From: Klebsormidium nitens
Lineage: Eukaryota > Plantae > Klebsormidiophyceae
Direction: 5' to 3'
Assembly: GCA_000708835.1 (NCBI GenBank)
Contig: DF236999.1
Location: 212,627-276,626 of the forward strand
Length of the DNA: 64,000 nucleotides
Shown: one piece after another, positions 27,000 to 40,500 of the stretch
How the letters are laid out: the number at the start of each line of letters is the position of its first letter
Numbering within the stretch: position 1 is the stretch's first letter
Translations under genes and position numbers: made by a program
Notes under the pieces: model-generated
What the model was told of the DNA's origin: nothing
The model's database searches: none
What the model saw: the letters and a program-made list of their open reading frames with translations, nothing else

Positions 27000-28544
27000 G
27001 ACGCGCGCTTAGCGGGGCGTTTTAAGCAACTGATATTGGGTTGTGCGGGATGGGGGCGCATTGTGTGTTGAGTCGCGGGGTTGAGTTGCTTCTGGTGAAA
27101 GTGGGAAGCACTCGAGGTAATTGGTTTATTTGCGGTTGTTGGACTGATGTTGCGATACTGCGGGAAACATACTGCCAATAAGAGGTGAGTAACTCAGGTT
27201 ACTATATATTCAAGAGCTGCGGCATGGCACGCATGAAGACTGCGTACTAAGCAGAGCGCCGCCAATCCCTGGTGCAAACGCGGATAGACATAGCCTTACG
27301 TAAGGAAAGCAATCTAAGCCGCCACCATCGCTGGCACCACCGTCAAGGACTGGTACAACCACCGAGGATCAGAAAAGTAAGTACTGTTTGGAAGCGGGGA
27401 TAGGTCCAGCCGGCGGCGCTTCAATCAATTGTGGATGTTCAATGAGTTACTGAAATTCCAAGGAACTAGCTGTTCGATGATTTCGTGATGGCTGAACTTC
27501 TGAATGTTTGAATACATGCATGGCTGCAACTACAGTAGTGACAGACGGTCGTGGTCGAAAGCGCATTCGCTTGCATGCCTCATTTGATATGGACAATTGA
27601 TTGGATCGCAACATGCGACTGCCGCGGCGGCTAATTAAGATTGGTGCATATCACATGCACAGTTTAATCGAATGCATGCCAGGACCTAGCCGAGCAGTAT
27701 GTGCTGCATATGCCGGTGCTATAGACTGCGCACGTACTGCCATGTTGAGCATGATACTGCATTGAAATCTGAAGCTGGCTGGAGCCCGGATCCCTGATCT
27801 AGTGGTTTAGCAGGCCGAACCGTCGTCATTTTGTGTATCAAACGGCCTGCATGGCGCCGGGGTCCAAGCTGCCGCCGCGGGATCAGGATTTGTATGCATC
27901 AGACCGTCGACTCGAGGATCTGATCGAAGCTCTTCAAACAACTGCGTCTGCAACTTTCGATATCGACAACCTTACATGAACCTGCCCTGGAAGTTTGAGA
28001 TTATCACAAGCGCGCTCAAGTCCGAATTAAACAACCCCCAAGGCAGCAGCCAACGATGCAAGATACGAAGGGAGCACTGATATGATTCAATGCCTCATCG
28101 AGGACAAACGACTGACTGCAGACAAGTCCCGCCGCACGCGTGCCAGCATCTACAGCCCTACTGTGCCCAAATCAGTGGCAAAATGTCCTCGTCAGATGTT
28201 TTCGTTAAGAGTGCATAATCACGGTGCGGGGCAATGACTGCTCTTTTAAGGTTGACCTAACATCATCCTCCAACCAGCTACCTAAGCAAATTCCGGCCAC
28301 GTATGACCAGCAGCACTTACTGCAGCCGTTGCCCGGAGCCACGAACAACCTCTATTGATCTTGACCTATCATACAGCGAGCTGTTTAAACTGCTTGCATC
28401 ACGACGGATACCCAACTACGACGGTACACGTACACGCTCCAAGCTTTCAACCAACAAGAACCGCGTCAAGCGTCGGCTCCAAAACAACTTCGTTCATAAC
28501 ATACTCTACACCCCCCCGTTACCTTTACCCTCTTCCGTACGGTT

Positions 28545-30281
28545 TCACGGCAGCCCCTTCTCGAGCTGGCCCGCCTTCAGGTCATCTTCCACGTAAGCCA
28601 ACTCCTGCACCGCTTTCTCGTGCTCGTGCACCCGCTTGGCCTTCTTCCGGAAATAGAACACGACAAAGACGAGTAACAATCCCGCCACGCAAAGGCCCAC
28701 TATGACGAGAATCACAGCGAGCATTGTACTGCTGAGGCCGGAACTTTTGTGAGTCTGGGGCACCGTGAGCGTGGGCTGCGCAGGAAAGGCGCTCGTGTTG
28801 CTGCCCACAAGGCTCGGGCTCGCAACTGCAAGGGGGCGATAGATACAAACGTCAGGTTGAGAAGCACACGAGGTTCACACTGTGGGGTCTTTACTGTGGC
28901 AGTAAACAGGTGGAAAGCTCTTAGGCTTGAAGGCGTGAATATATTTATTATGGCAGTGGACTGGTGGGAAGCTCTTAGAATCAAGGGCGTGGTAGAATGA
29001 GGCTCAACAGTGCTGGATTCGCTCAGAAAGAAATAGGGTCTAGAGTCGAATCAGAGATGGGCTCGCCGAACTTCAGTGTATCCATGTATTAAGTGACGCC
29101 CAATAAAATCTCAACCCTAGCCCTAACGAGGACAATCTGCCTGCGTGACCCAATATAATCTCAACCCTAGCCCTAACGAGGACAATCTGCCTGCGTGAAT
29201 GCACTAACACTGAGACAACTTGAGACGTTTAAGGAGCCCTCACCTGTCGAAGGAGCTCCCGCCAATGATGAGGTAACTGCGGTGGGCGTCAGAACAACTG
29301 GCACCTGCGGCGCCGGCGCCGGTGCTTGCACTCCCGAGCATTCTTGGCAGTAGAAGATTGCGTCAAACTCATGTCCCACATACTTTTCCAAAGTTCCGTT
29401 CGGCGCAAAGTCCAACGGGCAAAGCTCCCATTCCGCAAAGGTGGCATCGGGAATGAGCCACCGCTCGTTGTAAAAACCGCAACGCTTGCACTGCTCGGTG
29501 GGAAGAGTGGTGAGGGGCTGAAAGGATTCGTGGCCGTTGAAGGAGAACAGCTGATTCTCGTCATCGATGTCTGAAAGGTATATTTGGGTGTCGTTATCGG
29601 AGCATTGGAAGTAGACGGTGGGGTCACCCAGAAGCTGGTGCGTCTGGAAGATGGTCAAGTTCAGCAAAATGACGTCGCGGGGGCCTGCGAGGGAATGAGA
29701 TCGCAGTCAGGAAGGTCTGTATGTAGATGCAGCATTGGCAGTTGCTTTGGCAATGGAGGCTGCCGGTGATTTTGCACGTTTGCTAACTTGGTTTGGCTAA
29801 GTTACTCTGGCCTATAAGAGGGCCCAAGCTTGGAGTTTTGGATACTGGGAAGGAGAGAGCCTGATGCAAATAAAAAAGAAACCAGGCAGGGAGAGGCAGC
29901 GCCAGCCAATGCTCTTAAGGCCCACCAGGCATAAGGAGGTGAATGGGTATCCAATGAGGTGAGGGCAAATGAAGCGCTTGAGAAATGGCATCCCACAAAT
30001 AGGCATAGGGTTGCGGTCCACAGGTGAATCTAAATCTGAACATGGGAAAGCAGACTTGCAATGAATGGCGACAAAGGATAGGTAGATATATTGGAGGGCC
30101 GTTGACAAGCCAGTCAGTCGCGACAACCATTAACTGCACTAGCTGCGAGAAGGAATGGGGCATACTTTTTGGAAACCCTATTCCTTTAACCATTGGAGAC
30201 TCGATACTCACAGCTTGAGTCAAAAATCCAACCAATCATGAGTATGACTAATCTCAGGACACTTGAACGTGCAGCAGTCAT
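28545..30281 (-). CDS. Cys-rich type-I membrane protein, paralog 2 (about 263 aa)
   Basis: Exons 30281-30212 (putative signal peptide MTAARSSVLRLVILMIGWIFDSS, donor T|gtgagt; less certain), 29684-29244 and 28825-28545. Ectodomain TIFQTHQLLGDPTVYFQC...ESFQPLTTLP...CKRCGFY...FAEWELCPLDF...EFDAIFYCQEC is clearly homologous to paralog 1. TM LAVILVIVGLCVAGLLLVFVVFYF is followed by RKKAKR. Confidence 0.82.
29099..29198. repeat. 50-bp tandem duplication (2 copies, 1 mismatch) containing telomere-like CCCTAG/CCCTAA
   Basis: cccaata(a/t)aatctcaaccctagccctaacgaggacaatctgcctgcgtga at 29099 and 29149, in an intron of paralog 2. Confidence 0.9.
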
Positions 30282-31721
30282 CCGATTCAATAGCACAGCC
30301 CCGGGGCAAGTTCCAGGTGAAAGGAGAAGCGGACGTGGGAGGGGGGTCCCAAACAGTGAAATCAAATAGGGCGAAGCAGATAAGGGGCACAGGCGCACTT
30401 AACATGACAACAACTTTGAAAAGAGATCATCTTCTGGTGACTGCAAACTTGTCTAAAGGACGATAATGTCAATGGCAGAGCAAAGCGGAATCAGGAATGC
30501 AACCTGCGCCTACCACCAACAGCCCAGGAGCTTTTAGCTGCTAATTGCACCTATCAAAATGTCTCGATTGACTGGAGCCATTTGCTGAAGGGAGGACTAC
30601 ATCAATGGTCACGACATGGCTGCCATACCAACTGCGCCAACTCAATCACAGCCTTTTTCAGACCAAGCATGTTTCAAGGCTTCAGAAAGAATGGTTTGGA
30701 AGGGATCCCTTTGCCCCTCACCTGCCTCAACCGCTGGTGCCCAGAAAAGAACGCACGCCAAGAGACACGAAGCGCATAGTAGGTTCCTGAAGAGGGCCAT
30801 GGTTGCCACAAAAACTGGTCCGCCGGGAGATTTCTGCTGAAAGCGCCCCTTTCGCCTACCTAGTTAAGGTTGCTCCACCATTTCACGAACACTGCAAGCC
30901 CTTACTCGAGGCTGAGCTGCAACATGTGCTGGGCAGCTTTGCAGCTTCTCACATGATCAGATTTCAGGGCTAGCAACCCACAGCTTCTAACCCCCTGGCA
31001 CGCCTGAGTGACGTCAAATATCTTGCAGAAGTGGCACTTTCTGATTCTTGCAATGATTGCAAAGATGTACAACTTCTTGAATTCTGCCATCTGTCAAGTT
31101 TGTTGGGTGCGTGTACAAACAAACCGATCTTCAAGATGCGGTATCCTAGGTCCTAGGTACCATACCGGTAAAAGGGTGCAGCCCACGCGGCGGGGGATCC
31201 CTTTAACCACGACTCTTTCCGAATGTGCCAGCTCTTGATGATATACGATGTTCGCTTGTCCTCTGCAAAATTTTGGGTCCCACCGTCCATTTTGGGCCCC
31301 CTAGTAATGACCGTGGTGGAGATTACCGGTGCCGCTCAGACATGTGCAACTTGCAAGGTGTCCAGAAGCAAGACATGATTGCTGCCAGCAAAACATGTGT
31401 AATGCATCGTCAACAAAGTTTGATAAACCTTGCTTGGCAAGTTCAGGTCTGCAGCACTTGCTATCCATGCTTCGATATCGCTTCGTTCACCAATGAGGCA
31501 CGGGGTGAGCAATGGCATGCTGCACAAGCCTCTCCGCTTCATGTCAATAGGATTTAGTAGTTTGCGCATAAAGAGGCAACTTTTCAGGGCGGCCGGTTAA
31601 AATGCTAGCTATACATACAATCAGTAGGTACTGTCAAGTTGCCGACCAACCTTTATGCGTTTACCCAGCTGCTCACGTTCCGTTGCATTAGCACGAAGCT
31701 TTTTATTCAACAGAAAGTCGG

Positions 31722-34700
31722 CTAGAGCCGCTTCTTCGATTGGGAATTTATGGCTCCTAATCGATCTATCAGAGGCGGGTGCGAGAAATGGTATGTGGAA
31801 TACCAGGGGTCCAGGTTCATGGCCGACAGGTTCTCTTCCTGCAAGAAGTAGAAGTTGGCTTTCAACGTGAAGGTCCTTGTGCTTTTATGAGCACCGCACT
31901 GGGTCCGATCCGGACCAGCATCTTAAGAGTTGATTGGGAGGGACTGGTCTAGAAGCTTTTTAGCCTGTTTCAAATTGAGGGAAGCAAGGAGGTTGCGACC
32001 AGGCTCTGATGTTCGCCAAGCCGGGTGACCGGCACACGGAGAGCTCGCATCTCGACAGAGTCGCAGGGAGACTGAAGTGAGCCCTCGTACTATAAACTCG
32101 GCATCCGCACAACTCTGAGAGGGTTCTAAGGAACAGTTACGTCATTCAAGCAATTAGTTTGAGGAGGCAGAAATCCCACCTGCAAGCGGATGAGCCCCAC
32201 TTTGAGCGGCTCTGCGTACCCCAGGTGGACCGCAAAGGCGTCCGCTTGGTACTCGAATGTCCGGCTGACGATGTTGAACACGAACGACAGCGTGTGGCTC
32301 ACGGGGCCAATCACGAACTGCAAAGACAAGGACGTGCATAAGGAAAAGAGAACAAACGAAATCAGCAATCACAGAGAGGAGGTTTTTTGGGCTATATGAA
32401 AGTCGGGGAGATCGTTTTTGCTACCTCAGCACGTTCGGTTGGCGACGTCACTCGCGAACATCAGCGCTGCCTCCACCAACACGCTGGGTTCGTCTTGGGA
32501 CCGCGCACCAGCTAGAGTCAGGAGAATCGAGTTGTTTCCAGATGCTGCTTTTGAAACAGACGTAACGCACGGCTGTCACTCAAGCAGGACGATTCAGCAT
32601 CGTTCCTACCACCCGCCCTTCTGTCTGTCAGGAGCGCGCAGACTTTGGCAGTATACTCATAAGTTTCATGACCAGATACGCAAAGATTGGAGAGCTTACT
32701 CCAAACAGCAGCAGGCCGATCAGCACGGCCTCCGAGTCGAAGCCAAAGCTCTGGTAGAGAACCTTGCTGCCCTTGATCGCTTGGAAGCCGCCCATGTACA
32801 CCAGCCAGATGACCTGCCAGAAGCGGCGGTGTGAATGCCCGACGTGGTGCACTACGAAAGTTCCGGGGTGAGCAAATAGGAGCAAGGTCCTGATGCAGTC
32901 AGCTGAATGTGTACAGAAGCCGGAAAAGCACGCAGGCAGATGAGCCGAAGCCAAAGTTGCTAGGACCTGCTGATGAGACCGAGAGAGTGATCGCACGAGA
33001 CGAGCCAGGCACATCGAGGCTGAGCGCTGAAAGTAGCGACTGCTCTTTCGCCGATCAGCGCAATCAGTTGCTCCGCTCACCTGCTGAGCTAAGAACGTGT
33101 AGACTGTGTGGTTCAGCTTCCAGTGACCCTGCAGCGACACGCGGACAAGAACCGCTTAGCTTGACGACACGGCTTAGTGGCAGGATACTAAAATGTGTGC
33201 AAAAGCGTCCTAAAGCACTGATTCAGCAGTCACTGTAATTGACACAAGCGTGCGCACGAAGCCAGTCGTTGCAGCAAATCCTCTTGGGATGTCAATTCTG
33301 GTCTGTGCGACATGCTGACATGGGCGTCAAAGGGATCGAGAACGTGACTGTGATGCAATTTGGCGTACCAGCTCGTGGCCGATGACCGCAACCACCTCCT
33401 CGTCCTTCTTGCACTGCACGCAGAGAAAGGCGGCACACATGACGTCCGTAAATTCCTAGACTAAAATCAGAGAGAAGCACAGTGACTCCGCGACCGGAAT
33501 TAAACTGTCCAGAACGGGTCGCAAACTCAAGATGGAGTTGACTAAAAAAAAGCCTCGCCTTCCAGCGGCCGTGGCCTGCAAGGATCTACTTCTAATCGTG
33601 CTAATCAAGCTTCCTAGCATACTATTCCTTTTTACTACATTTTAGAAGGGCCTGGCATGTGGTCGTTTCAGACAAGACTGCAAAGCAACTTTTCGCTCAC
33701 CTGCTCGAGCAGGGTGTCGTAGAGGACGATCCGCTTGTTCTTGAAAAAGCCGTACAGGTACGCCTGTAACAGCAAGCAGGACTGATTGCATTTGAGTTGC
33801 GAAGTGGGAAACACAAAGCGAACCAGACGTTCGGCCTCAGGAACGGTCGCCGAAGCGGCCTTCGAACATCTTTCAGCGAGAGGAAGATCCAAACGCCCTG
33901 CGTGGAGGTATCCTGATTCAGAGGCTCCGTTGCTCACCCTCTCAAGAGTGCAAAAAAGGACTGCAGTCCAAGCAGCATCGTGCCGATCGAGAGCTTTCCG
34001 TCCGAAGGCTTACGTTGCTGTGGCCCGATCGAATGGATCCGTTGACAACGAAGAGCTTCTTGAGGGGGTAGCTGAGGGACGCTGCCAGCTTCTCGATCTC
34101 GGTGCGCAGGGTGCCTTCAGGCAGCTGCAAATACGGGCATGTACTTCGATAAGAAATAGCAGCAGAATCACGAGCTACTATGAAGAACGTCCTGCCCTCA
34201 CTAGCGCTGGCTTGTCCTTTTTGATACTGGGTTGGACACGATCAATTCCAGACAGCTGGCGTTCTTCCAAAAGCGAGTAGTGGTAAAACTTCGACCACAC
34301 CAGACAAAGCTTCTGGCCTGTTTGAAGGCTTCGGTAGAGATGTTCTGAAAACGAGCGGTGCCTGAGGTGAGCTCTCACGGTGCACTCACCGTTGTGTAGG
34401 TGTTGAAGAGAGGCGCGATGACAAGCGGGTAGAGGACCATCATGACCAGGGACAGCACCAGCAGGAACGCCCAAAGGTACACGGCCAGGTACGGCCCGCC
34501 GACCTGGGGGAGACAAAATGCAAAACCTTTTTCATGTCGTTGTAACATCGAAGAGAGCTGCGATACGTAAACGGTGACAGATTGTGCGATGAGTAGGAAA
34601 ACGTACACTCTGTGCGGCTTGCTCGCAGGAGCGGGGCTTCAGAACGCTCAAGTAATTTCCAGGTTCGGAGTCCAGAGCGAAGCAGACTAACTCGAGACTA

Positions 34701-36773
34701 GTAGAGCAGATATGCATGACGGCTCGGTTGGGCACTTCCTTCATTTGGGAAGGTCGAGAAGCTGCCGTAGAAGCTGTGGTTTCTCCTGATGGAAGCGCAA
34801 GCGAACGAAATGTGGCGCCAGCAATTGCTCACCTTCACAATTGTGATAATTCCGGCAATGATAGGAGGCGCAATGATTGCCGTCAGCGCATACCCCTTGA
34901 CAAGGTCTTTCACAAAGAGAGCCGGAGTTTGCTGCAAAGAATCCCCGCATGTGTTACATCAATCCTCAGTTGTGGAGTCCTTGTCTAGGATCCTGAACAG
35001 ATACATTATTGGGACACGAAGCCGTTCCGAAATCACAACTAGCTTGTTTGCATCGTCTTCTTGCCACCTGAAGCTGAGAAATGCCATCAAGCATGTAAAC
35101 CGAAGCTGCTTACAACCAATCGCCAATGGAAGTGACCATATGAGGGTGGTGCAAAGCATTCGACGAACCAACAAGCAGACAAAGTATGAAGTCACCTTGT
35201 TGAATCCATGCACTTGCTCGATGACAAACGTCGAGTAAATTGACCATGGAAGGTCGGTGACCTGGAAGGAGAGAGGCTCAGCTAAAGAATAGAACTGGGC
35301 GCTGTGTCGTAAAATCCAGAAGGAAGTGGCAGTGATTACAAAATAGTGAATCAGCCGCATGAGGAAAAAACCTTCTCTACTTGTAGGTCTCACACACTTT
35401 TGAACGGTTTGTGCCTATCGGATTCTGCAGAGTGCCAGTTAGAATGCTCAAAGCCAATCGTATTCCTGCACAAATATTTGGGGAATCTCTGGTTGCCACT
35501 ATCTTAAGGGCTCGTGCATCCAAACCCAAGTGCTGATTCTGCCCTAAACTTACGAACTGCCAGTTTAACTTATATGGACAACCTAGTATGATAAAAAAGC
35601 ATGGATCAAGTTGAAGGCGGTCACAACAACAATCCCGAAATGAGACGGAGCCCCAAAACTCTCAATAAAAACCTTTATTGAAAAAGGAGTGGGCCCATAC
35701 CTGTGACCACACAAATTGGATGGCCAGAAACAGAAGAGACTGGAGAATCTCGTGTTCTTCTGGTTTGTAACCGTACTCTCTCAGAATGTCTCCAGATCTC
35801 TGCAGGATGGATTGAGGGAGTAGTTAATGACCATGTCAGCATTCAATAACAAATCATGTGATTCTCACGAGCTTCTAGCACTTACTTCTGCAGAGAGTGG
35901 TGAGAAGCCCACACAATATAGTCAGCGCCCTCCCAGCGAAAATGAAAGTAACATACCAAAGCCAGAGAGATGGAAAGACTACTGCTATTGCATGAAAGAC
36001 ATACATTGGGTTACTCTCTATGCGATATTATCACTGTCAAGATTTTGAGAAGGAGCCCCTTACCAGCCACAGCCATGGGAGGACACCAAACAGAAGTATT
36101 GCCGTCTGCTCAATCTGCCCAACCGCCGAGTGTAGGAGGCCAAAGTAGCTGCATCACGACAGCAGAACCTCAGCGAGCGTTGATGGATGGACAAGCTGCG
36201 AAGAACATAGCAACCACACCTTAAATTCTGGTGGAACTATGTCAAATTTAGAAAGTGACCGCACTGATTGGATCATTGAAGGCGCCAGATGGACGTGGCA
36301 TACCTCTTATCCAGCTGATATGCCTTGGACTTCTCGAACTTTTCTGCTGAAACTATTCCTTTCAATTGTGGCGGCAGGCTTGGCCTTTTGAGCGCCTGCA
36401 ACTGTCGAAGGTCGAGATACGTCTCGAAAACGTACACCACCGTCTGGAAGCCTGCAAATTGCAATCGCGCAGAAAATTATCTTCAGAACACTCAATGTTC
36501 AAGACATGGCAAGCTGTTTCATTCCAAAATTTGATGTTCCTCAAACAATCTGAAGGCATGATGCATTACTGGACTGATCCATCAAAAACACCATCTAAAC
36601 AGTATCTTTCAGTCCTTCTAATACCCATTTTACGGCAATTGCATATGGGGGACTTCCAATAACATATCCATTGGAATTAATGATCACCCGTGAAGCAGAG
36701 CAAAGAGGGATGTTCGGAGCATACCAACAACTAGGTACAGCCAAGGCCAGCTTGAAAGCTGCAGCAACTCCAT
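31722..36773 (-). CDS. STE24: CAAX prenyl protease 1 (Ste24/ZMPSTE24/FACE1), M48A zinc metalloprotease (431 aa)
   Basis: Fourteen phase-consistent exons: 36773-36725, 36451-36304, 36148-36064, 35799-35701, 35261-35196, 34931-34833, 34503-34390, 34124-34014, 33763-33701, 33413-33369, 33128-33081, 32813-32700, 32317-32180, 31838-31722. Motifs STFVIEQVHGFNKQT, NAYLYGFFKNKRIVLYDTL, HELGH (HExxH), EYQADAFA and HFSHPPL; C-terminal KKRL fits KKxx ER retrieval. Confidence 0.96.
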
Positions 36774-37529
36774 TCTGTCCACAGACGGTAGCAGCCAAAC
36801 CGCGGGCCCTTGCAGACACGCAAACTTGCAACTCACAAATCCTTCTGACTGCAACTCAAGCTACTCCATGCGCGCTGCCTGACAGGACACGCAAGGCTTG
36901 AGAGGATGTTCAAGAAGCTGAGACTTTCTCGTGTACCACCACCATCAGCACCTGTGCAAACTTTATCTACGCCAAATTGCGAGGCGCCAATGGTGCTGCT
37001 GCAATGCGTGTGCATGTCGCCCAGTCCTTCAAGTTCTTGATTACTTTTCAAAAAGCAAAGAAAAGTTTGGCAAAGAATTTCCCAAAATGGCACATTTTGA
37101 AACGCTCAAAGTGCGCAAATTTGTCAGTTTGTCAAATTTGCTCCACCGCTACACGAAATACATCGCGTGTCAAGCTGCATAATGCCACATTACCATACCG
37201 TATAAGCAACGTGATTTTGCGACACCGACATGTAAACTTACAACGGAGTTTTCAGCGCCCAAAAAGGTTAAAACGCAAAGTTTGGAGGCTGGATACCACT
37301 GCCAGGCGCTTTTAATTCAACGTCATTCATCTTGCAGGCCCACCTGGGCGCCCACAATGACATGCAACTTTCTGACAAGGCAAGCTGGCAGGAGGGCGTC
37401 CCAATGCGTCCTGCAAGACAATTAAAGCTTGCTAAGCAACCTAGAAAGTGGTTTTATGTTGTGTTCAGCTTGCGGATTGGACGCAGTGTCTCATTGGTTT
37501 GTATGTCACGCTGATAAACCTGTCAGAGG

Positions 37530-40500
37530 ATGGGGCAGAAAAAGCGGAAGCCAGGTAGGACTGGAAATCAAACGGTTGGCAGCCCAAAGAATGCAGAGCC
37601 TCCGACCTTTGAGACTACTGTAAATGAGGGCAGTTCAAAGAGCAATGCGGCTTTGGAGCTGGAGACAAGTACGTTGTCAAAGTTTCTCCAAGCTGACTCT
37701 GCAGGTAAGTGTCATGAATTCATGCAGAATTGGCGCCAGTCACTTGGAAGTAAGCTGCCACGAATGAAATAGCGGGATGGGGGTTTGTTTGGGGCAATCC
37801 CTGGCTTCAAGCTTGCACCTTCCGTTTCGGGATTAAAGAGGCCATTCTTATGGGACTTCTGGGAGATTCAATACTCGTTGATTCCATCCATCTACTTTCG
37901 TCGGGCGTTTTGCCATGTTTATCAGGTCACACATCCACTCCATGTGTGCTCAGTGTGTGGATATATCAGCCTTTTTCTCCCTGAAATGCTGGGCCTATCG
38001 AGGTGAAAGGTTGTCACTCAATCTGTGCGGGTCCACAGTATTTGCATGAAGGCTCCAAGTTCCCTAGCTGTCTTTCAAGAAAGAATGCTGAGGAGCCTGT
38101 ACGCTAGTGTTCAGGTAGATATTCACCTGTGTTGCAAGAAAGCCCCGATCCCTTGCGGTGCTGTCAAAAAAGCAGTGGCAAAAAAGCGCAGAACTGCTTT
38201 TCCTTTTGGTCCAGCCACATGTTGAACAAACAGTCTCGGCACCCCTTGTAAAGCGCATTTCGCTTAACCCTGGTTGCTGTGCTATTTGCCACCCTCATCA
38301 AAGGCACGCAAGCAACCCCCTCCTATATCAAGTCCACATTGCCCGCCTGCCAAGCCAGAAATGCCTGTCACCTTGCGCACAAACTCCTCCCTTCAATTGT
38401 CAGCAGGGCTCAATCATCCAGAACCTGCTGCCAAGTGCCTTTTTCTATTTACGCTCTGCAGCGGTCCAGGAGCGCGTTGAGCGAATCCAGGAGCTGCTGG
38501 GGAGCGAGACAGAGCTCACCCTCGCGCAGCGCGCCGACTTGGTCTACAACCGGCGCCCCGAGATCCTGGACCTCGTGAGCGACCTCCAGCAGGCGTACCT
38601 TATCCTTGCCAGGCGCTACGACCACGTCGCAGGAAAGGTCGTCCGCCTCGTCAAAAGCGCAGACTCTCCGGTTCTGGACGCACCCATCCTCCAACCCCTG
38701 AGCGCCACGAAGCGCCGCCCCGCAAAGGGCAGCAACGGGAATTCTAAACGGGGGGGAGATGATAGGGCTGCAAGTGCGTCCCCTTCACCCTCAGAACGGA
38801 CGACTTCTCCTTCCCCCGAGGGCTCCAATTTGAACCCAGATGCTGTCCCCTTTGTGGCGGTCCCCCAGTCGCCGCAGCTCAATCCTGCAGCTCCGCCGTT
38901 CACACCCTCTCACCCAATCCTGACTCCCAGCACTCCAAACGGCATCAGTGCCCCGGCCCCCAACCAAAACACACTGCTCGGCAAGCTACGATTAGCGGGT
39001 GCTGATGCTGAGGGGGATCCCGAGACCCCCCGCATGAGTACGTTCCGTTTCAAGGACGTAAAGGCCAGCGGCGGGTACAACGTGGAAGAAGAAGGACCAC
39101 TGCATGCTGGCCACCTCTACGGCGATCTTTTGGGCGAAGGCCCTGTGCACGCGGGGCACGCCACCGGTTCCTGGGTGCCCGAATCTGTGTTGAACACAGA
39201 AGACCCGCTACAGGGCCCCGACATCCAAGAAGTTGTGTCGTCGGCTGTCAAAGGCGCGAGCACAGAAGCAGAGTTGGACTCGGAGGGAGAGCCGCTGCGA
39301 GACTCGCAGCCGCTGTCGGCGTTCCTTTGCGCTGCGCAGATCCAGGAGGCGGCGGGGCGGAAACAGGGCCTCTCCGACGCCCCGCGCGAGCTGAGCCTGA
39401 GCGCAGGGCTGGAGGAGGGCCCTGTTCACGCGGGGCACGCGCTGATGATCCGGGGCGCCAGCACCAAGTTCGAGCGGGAGTTGCGGCTGACGGCGCAGAT
39501 GGCCGAGGCGCTGGCGAGGGACCAGATGCAGGCACGGAAGTTTTCGGACCTGGATTCAGAGTTTGTGCTGCAAGTGAAGAAGGACGGGCAGCCGGCGCGG
39601 CCGGTGGTGAAGCAGTCGCTGCTGGAAGAGATGATCTGCCAGGACAGGGGGGCGAGCGAAGAGGACAAGAAGCAGCTGGAGGGCATTGGGGATCCGGTGC
39701 AAGAAAGCGGGCAGGTGAGGGGCTGGATACGAAGCTTTTCGGGAGCGAAGGCAAGGAGTGTGTGTAGATACGGCTCGATGGTCGCGGGTATGGACAGGGA
39801 TGAAATCGATGTTTGCAATCGAGCCATGCGAGGTCAATCTTGATCTGCTTTTGAGGTCGATCAGACAGGAGAGTGGGTGGACGAATCCCTCTGCTCTTTC
39901 TTGACTTCACGGGGCACGAGAGCTGCGCAGTCAAGGACGCCGTTCCTCGTTTATTCAAACGTTTGACTGTCTCGACCATGAGGTTAACACCGATCCCTCT
40001 CGCTCTTTCTGACCTCTTGCGTGTGGGCCTGTAGCATTCGGACGCGTCGGACGTCGAAGCGGAGCCGCTGCGGGCGTCCGTCCTGGAGGCAGAGCGGCTG
40101 CGGGGCGAGGTGAGCGATCTGGTGGCCCAAAAGCGCGAAGCCATCCGCTACCTCACGGAGTGCGTCGACGTCATCCGAGACGAGAAGAAAGACGTGGCAG
40201 CGGCAGCGGCACGCCTGGCGGCGGAGAACTTTGCGCTGCGAGAGCAGCTCGAAGAAGTTTTGGAAGCGCGGGGTGGGGGGCTTCGGGGGTTTGGAGACGA
40301 CCGGCAGGGGTGGGGAGAAGTGATTGCGGAAGCGTTGGAGTATGGGGATGTGGACCTCAGCGGGCTAGCGGAGTCGCTGAGAGCGCATGCGGCTAGTCCG
40401 TCCACCAGTAACGGAAACGGAGAGGGACGCAAAGCGAAGGGAATTGTGATTCGGGAGCCGGAAGCAGGGAGTAAGAAGGGAATAGAAAGTGGGGAATCGA

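Noticed and set aside
30024-30218. Small plus-strand ORF with INCTSCEKEWG resembling the RIG-I C-terminal zinc motif
   Set aside because: Only 64 aa, antisense within the predicted first intron of paralog 2, lacking the first CxxC pair and lacking splice support. Most likely chance.
39248-40144. 298-aa minus-strand ORF and other overlapping GC-rich ORFs in the NET-like gene
   Set aside because: Antisense or alternative-frame shadows of GC-rich coding sequence.
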